A stretch of 62,913 nucleotides of DNA, filler included, from Sphacelaria rigidula (Eukaryota): the NCBI GenBank assembly GCA_964200075.2. It is 11 parts of 11 records of this genome, joined end to end, with 100 filler letters (N's around TTAATTAATTAA, not from the genome) between each part and the next. Parts side by side here need not be neighbours in the genome. Positions count along the whole stretch, not along the records: positions 57,286 to 62,913 come from CAXNAA020025744.1; 10 more parts are not named here. One strand, written 5' to 3'. Below the pieces are notes generated by a model. The model saw only the letters and a program-made list of their open reading frames with translations, did no database searches and was not told the DNA's origin. This document shows, piece by piece, positions 59,965 to 62,913 of this stretch (positions are counted from its first letter, which is position 1; the number at the start of each line of letters is the position of its first letter). Both the position numbers and the translations under genes were made by a program.

Positions 59965-60693
59965 CTGGACTCCAGCCAAACCCTCACTGGATCTCCGCTT
60001 CACCCTCGTCTCAACGATAAACGCCAGCGGCATCTCCACCAAACCCTCCCCCCCTCCACCCGGCCCATGCCCCAACCCAAAACCATCTAGTTCCCACTCA
60101 AGGAATAAAACTCGGTGCGTCGTCAAAACCAGAGCCCCCACGGCGGACCCCCCGAATTTGCGCCGCACCGCACCGCCGCTACGACCTTGCCGCCGGCTAC
60201 CGCCGGAGCCTCGGGCGGTCGTATCACCCGTGACACCATTAATGTAAGCCCCGTCCGATCTAGTCCGAAGATGCGCGGGAGTTTGCGCTAAGTGCGATGG
60301 CAGTAACGGCGGTAACGAGGAAGATCTATCTTGCTGCCCCGCAGCGAACGGCGGGCTGAGGCTGTCACTTTTCACGTAGGGTCCGGTGGACCCGACCGCT
60401 GTCGCCCCCGCCGCCGCTTCCGGGCCCGGTCCGGTTCCGGTCCACGCGGGCGGGTCCGCTGTGCCAGGGCGGGAATCGGTGTGTCGATGATGGTCTCCGC
60501 CTATTCTTGACCCCGCCATGGATATTCGTTCGTCGGCCCCGCTGCCTATAAGCGCACTATCGGTGGAAATCGAGGACGATCGGTGTTCCGCACTTGCACC
60601 CTCTCCACCGCTGCCGCCGCCGCCGCCGCCACCAGGGCCTCCAGCGAAGTCTATTCGACGTCGCATTCTTACGCGAGGGAATATTTCTAGCAC
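59965..60693 (-). CDS. Internal exon of a PH-GRAM-domain protein (possibly myotubularin family)
   Basis: TTCATAG|GTG...GTC CAG|GTGTGT, 243 codons, phase 0/0. Reads VLEIFPRV...AVGALVLTTHRVLFLEW...LVEMPLAFIVETRVK, matching the GRAM pattern G.L..T..R..F and (I/V)PL..I. Confidence 0.8.
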
Positions 60694-60765
60694 CTATGAA
60701 GTCGTTGTTGATGTTCATGTGTGCGGCAAGGGTGCGTGTTGTCAAACAACGTGGCATTTACAAAC

Positions 60766-61528
60766 CTTATCAGAAGTGATCATCACTTTTCAAGAAATCA
60801 CTTTCGTAAAAAACGACCGATGATTGGTTGCTGCGATACCACCCCCTCCGAAAAGTGCCAAAAAATCACTTTTGCAAAAGTGATTTTGTGACACCTCGAA
60901 CGGGAACATAAAACATCCCGTCGACAGGAGCATAACCGAAGTCTTAACAGACAAGTCGACACAATCAAACGTGAACCTGAGGATTGCATCACCCTCTCAA
61001 AACCAAGACACACCGCTCCATTCATTGCTGCTCATCAGCTGAGCACGTTGTGCGTGACCTTGTCCAAATCGGTTCAAAATTCAGTGAGAAATGATTTGCA
61101 TGAGACGCGCACACAGCACACGCTCAAAAACAGTCAGCAACAGCACGTTTTCGGTTGCTAGTTGACACGCACGTGGCCGCCTTTCATCTAATACTGGACG
61201 GATTTCCGTCAAACAAAGGCTGTCGAGTGTAGATGATGAAGAGCTAGCGCTTGAGCTAATGCGCGTGAGCGGTGAATGTCTATCCGTCTGTTTTCGTGGC
61301 TAGGTGTGTCGGCGCTACGCTACCTCTTTGCGTCTTGTCCGCGGCAGTACAGAGATTTTGGACTAACGGCCACTTCCAGAACCGCCGCATTTTTCACCCG
61401 TGCGCAAATCTGGACTTCGATCTGAACAAAACTGCCTGTCGATAAGACACAACACTGGTCGTTGTGGGGGCAATCACTTCTCCAAAAGTGATTTTTTGAA
61501 AAGTGATAAATCGCTTCTGATAAGACCC
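60766..61528. mobile_element. Intronic non-autonomous TIR element
   Basis: CTTATCAGAAGTGATCATCACTTTTCAAGAAATCACTTT is inverted against AAAGTGATTTTTTGAAAAGTGATAAATCGCTTCTGATAAG(ACCCC). Confidence 0.65.
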
Positions 61529-61559
61529 CGCCTCATATGCGACGATCAATGAAATCAGT

Positions 61560-61838
61560 CACAAGTCGGACAGATTATGATCTGTCGGAAAATGATTTCT
61601 TCTCAGTACAGTATGCTGATCCGGATCATAATCCGGATCTTTTGCCCTCTCCCCCGTTTTCCATGTTTGCTCCCTGCAGCGCCGGACGCCGAGCAGGCCG
61701 AGCAGCGCAAAGGTTGCGCTTTGGCTTTTCTGACTCCGTGGTCACGTATTTTGTGTTCTTGGAGCAGCGGGTTCGAGATTCCTCTTCGATTATTTGTGTC
61801 GGACAGATCAAGACAGATCATAATCTGTCAGACGAGTG
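61560..61838. mobile_element. Intronic MITE with CAC...GTG termini
   Basis: CACAAGTCGGACAGATTATGATCTGTC / GACAGATCATAATCTGTCAGACGAGTG. It sits within an (AATC)-tail remnant. Confidence 0.7.
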
Positions 61839-61937
61839 ATATCAATTAAATCGACACTTCTCGTGTTTGATCATTGCTTTGCGTGGCGCCAGAGCACCAT
61901 ACGCAACACCCTACTATTAATACCTTGCTTCACTTAC

Positions 61938-62440
61938 TCGCTCGTTGAACGGCAGTATGTCCCCGGGCCCATCTCCAACCCTAAAAAACAACTGATCGTG
62001 TAGCTCCGTTCCTCGGGGGAAGAACGCCTCCAGCAGCGGATCCTCGGGCAGACTCCCTCCCGTTTCCCACTCCCCCTCCCCCTGCCCCTGCCCCAGTCCA
62101 TCCACAGCACCAGCACCCACCTCGATCCCCCGGGGAAGCAACGCTTCACCACCTTCATCTATGCACTCATCACTATTACGGTCAGCCACCCCACCCCCAA
62201 CCCCCGACGCCGAGTCCACACCGGATCCGAATTTTGAGGTCGTCCCTCCGTTCAAAGAACCCGCAGAAATTCCAGGGCCTCGAGGAGCCGCAGAGGTAAC
62301 TCCATGGAAGCTCGTCCTTTGAGGCGGCGGGGCCGGCTGGAGAGGCGTGGGTGGGGGGGGTGCCCCGACAATTGGGCGGGGTACCCGTACCCCGCCCGGG
62401 AGGGTATGACCCCACGCTGGGCGCGGGATGGTCCCACCTC
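61938..62440 (-). CDS. Upstream exon of the same PH-GRAM-domain gene
   Basis: Pro/Gly-rich open frame ending GDILPFNER|GTAAGT (phase 0), which joins in frame to VLEIFPR. The acceptor AATTTAG|GA at 62441 is the best guess. Confidence 0.75.
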
Positions 62441-62844
62441 CTAAATTGCGTACAGACACGAGGGCCCTGCCGATTGCGCCGGTGCCGTCAGCCTCTAGAA
62501 GGGTATGCCAGTAGGTGTGCTCGCTTTAGGAGGTGCGAAGGGGACGGACCGGCGGGGGTGGGCAGAGAGGGGGGGCGACTTCATCAATAGCCTGCGCCTG
62601 AGAGACGTTTACCTCTGCCAAAAACATAGACGTTGCACACCTACCTGTTGCTACACCAAAAACAAAAAAACTGTTTTCAACATGGGGTAGGCCGGAAGAG
62701 CGGGAGAAATAGCACACCCGCTATCATAAGTACACATCCTGTGTGTGTTTGCAGTCAACTCAGGGGAACGCACGTTATTAGAAATAATAACGTGTATTTT
62801 TGTTTCAGGTTGCTCTTGCCTGTTCCCTCCATCTTGAATGTGCA

Positions 62845-62913
62845 AGGGAGGGGGTGTACTCATGATCATGCATGCCATAGTCATCTGACCATTGACCTCG
62901 CATCCCTACAAAG
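62845..62913 (-). mobile_element. 3' end of a C-tailed LINE-family element (contig ends inside it)
   Basis: Minus strand CTTTGTAGGGATGCGAGGTCAATGGTCAGATGACTATGGCATGCATGATCATGAGTACACCCCCTCCC, matching 28653-28716. Confidence 0.75.

Noticed and set aside
46774..62440. Cluster of lipid-phosphatase genes (PTPMT1 plus a myotubularin-like gene)
   Set aside because: They are on different, unlinked contigs, so the proximity results from size sorting.

Overview
This is eukaryotic, repeat-rich DNA, most likely from a brown alga (Phaeophyceae, probably a kelp). That assignment is an inference from intron style and from SINE/LINE/MITE families I recognise. The window is not one locus. It is 11 unrelated unplaced contigs of 5629 or 5628 bp, sorted by length and joined by ten artificial 100-bp linkers (N44-TTAATTAATTAA-N44), so no synteny can be inferred across linkers. 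Host genes are all partial: four spliced exons of a PTPMT1-type phosphatidylglycerophosphate phosphatase (46774-49629, minus), two exons of a PH-GRAM-domain protein that may be myotubularin-like (59965-62440, minus), the first coding exon of a zinc-dependent MDR alcohol dehydrogenase (38098-38258, plus), and a terminal exon encoding a Ser/Lys/Ala-rich protein (11560-12502, plus). The remainder is transposon-derived: an internally deleted Ty3/Gypsy element whose LTR also occurs on another contig with a PBS, a Copia RT scrap, two LINE lineages, a tRNA-derived SINE, hAT- and CACTA-type MITEs, several long fold-back elements, and a decayed intronless ORF of about 5 kb that I cannot assign (contig 10). 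The most notable leads are a LINE family whose 3' ends all run into oligo-C/(CCCCT)n rather than poly-A, a composite hAT-type unit nested in a fold-back element, and the unassigned decayed ORF. No CRISPR array, rRNA or functional tRNA gene was found.
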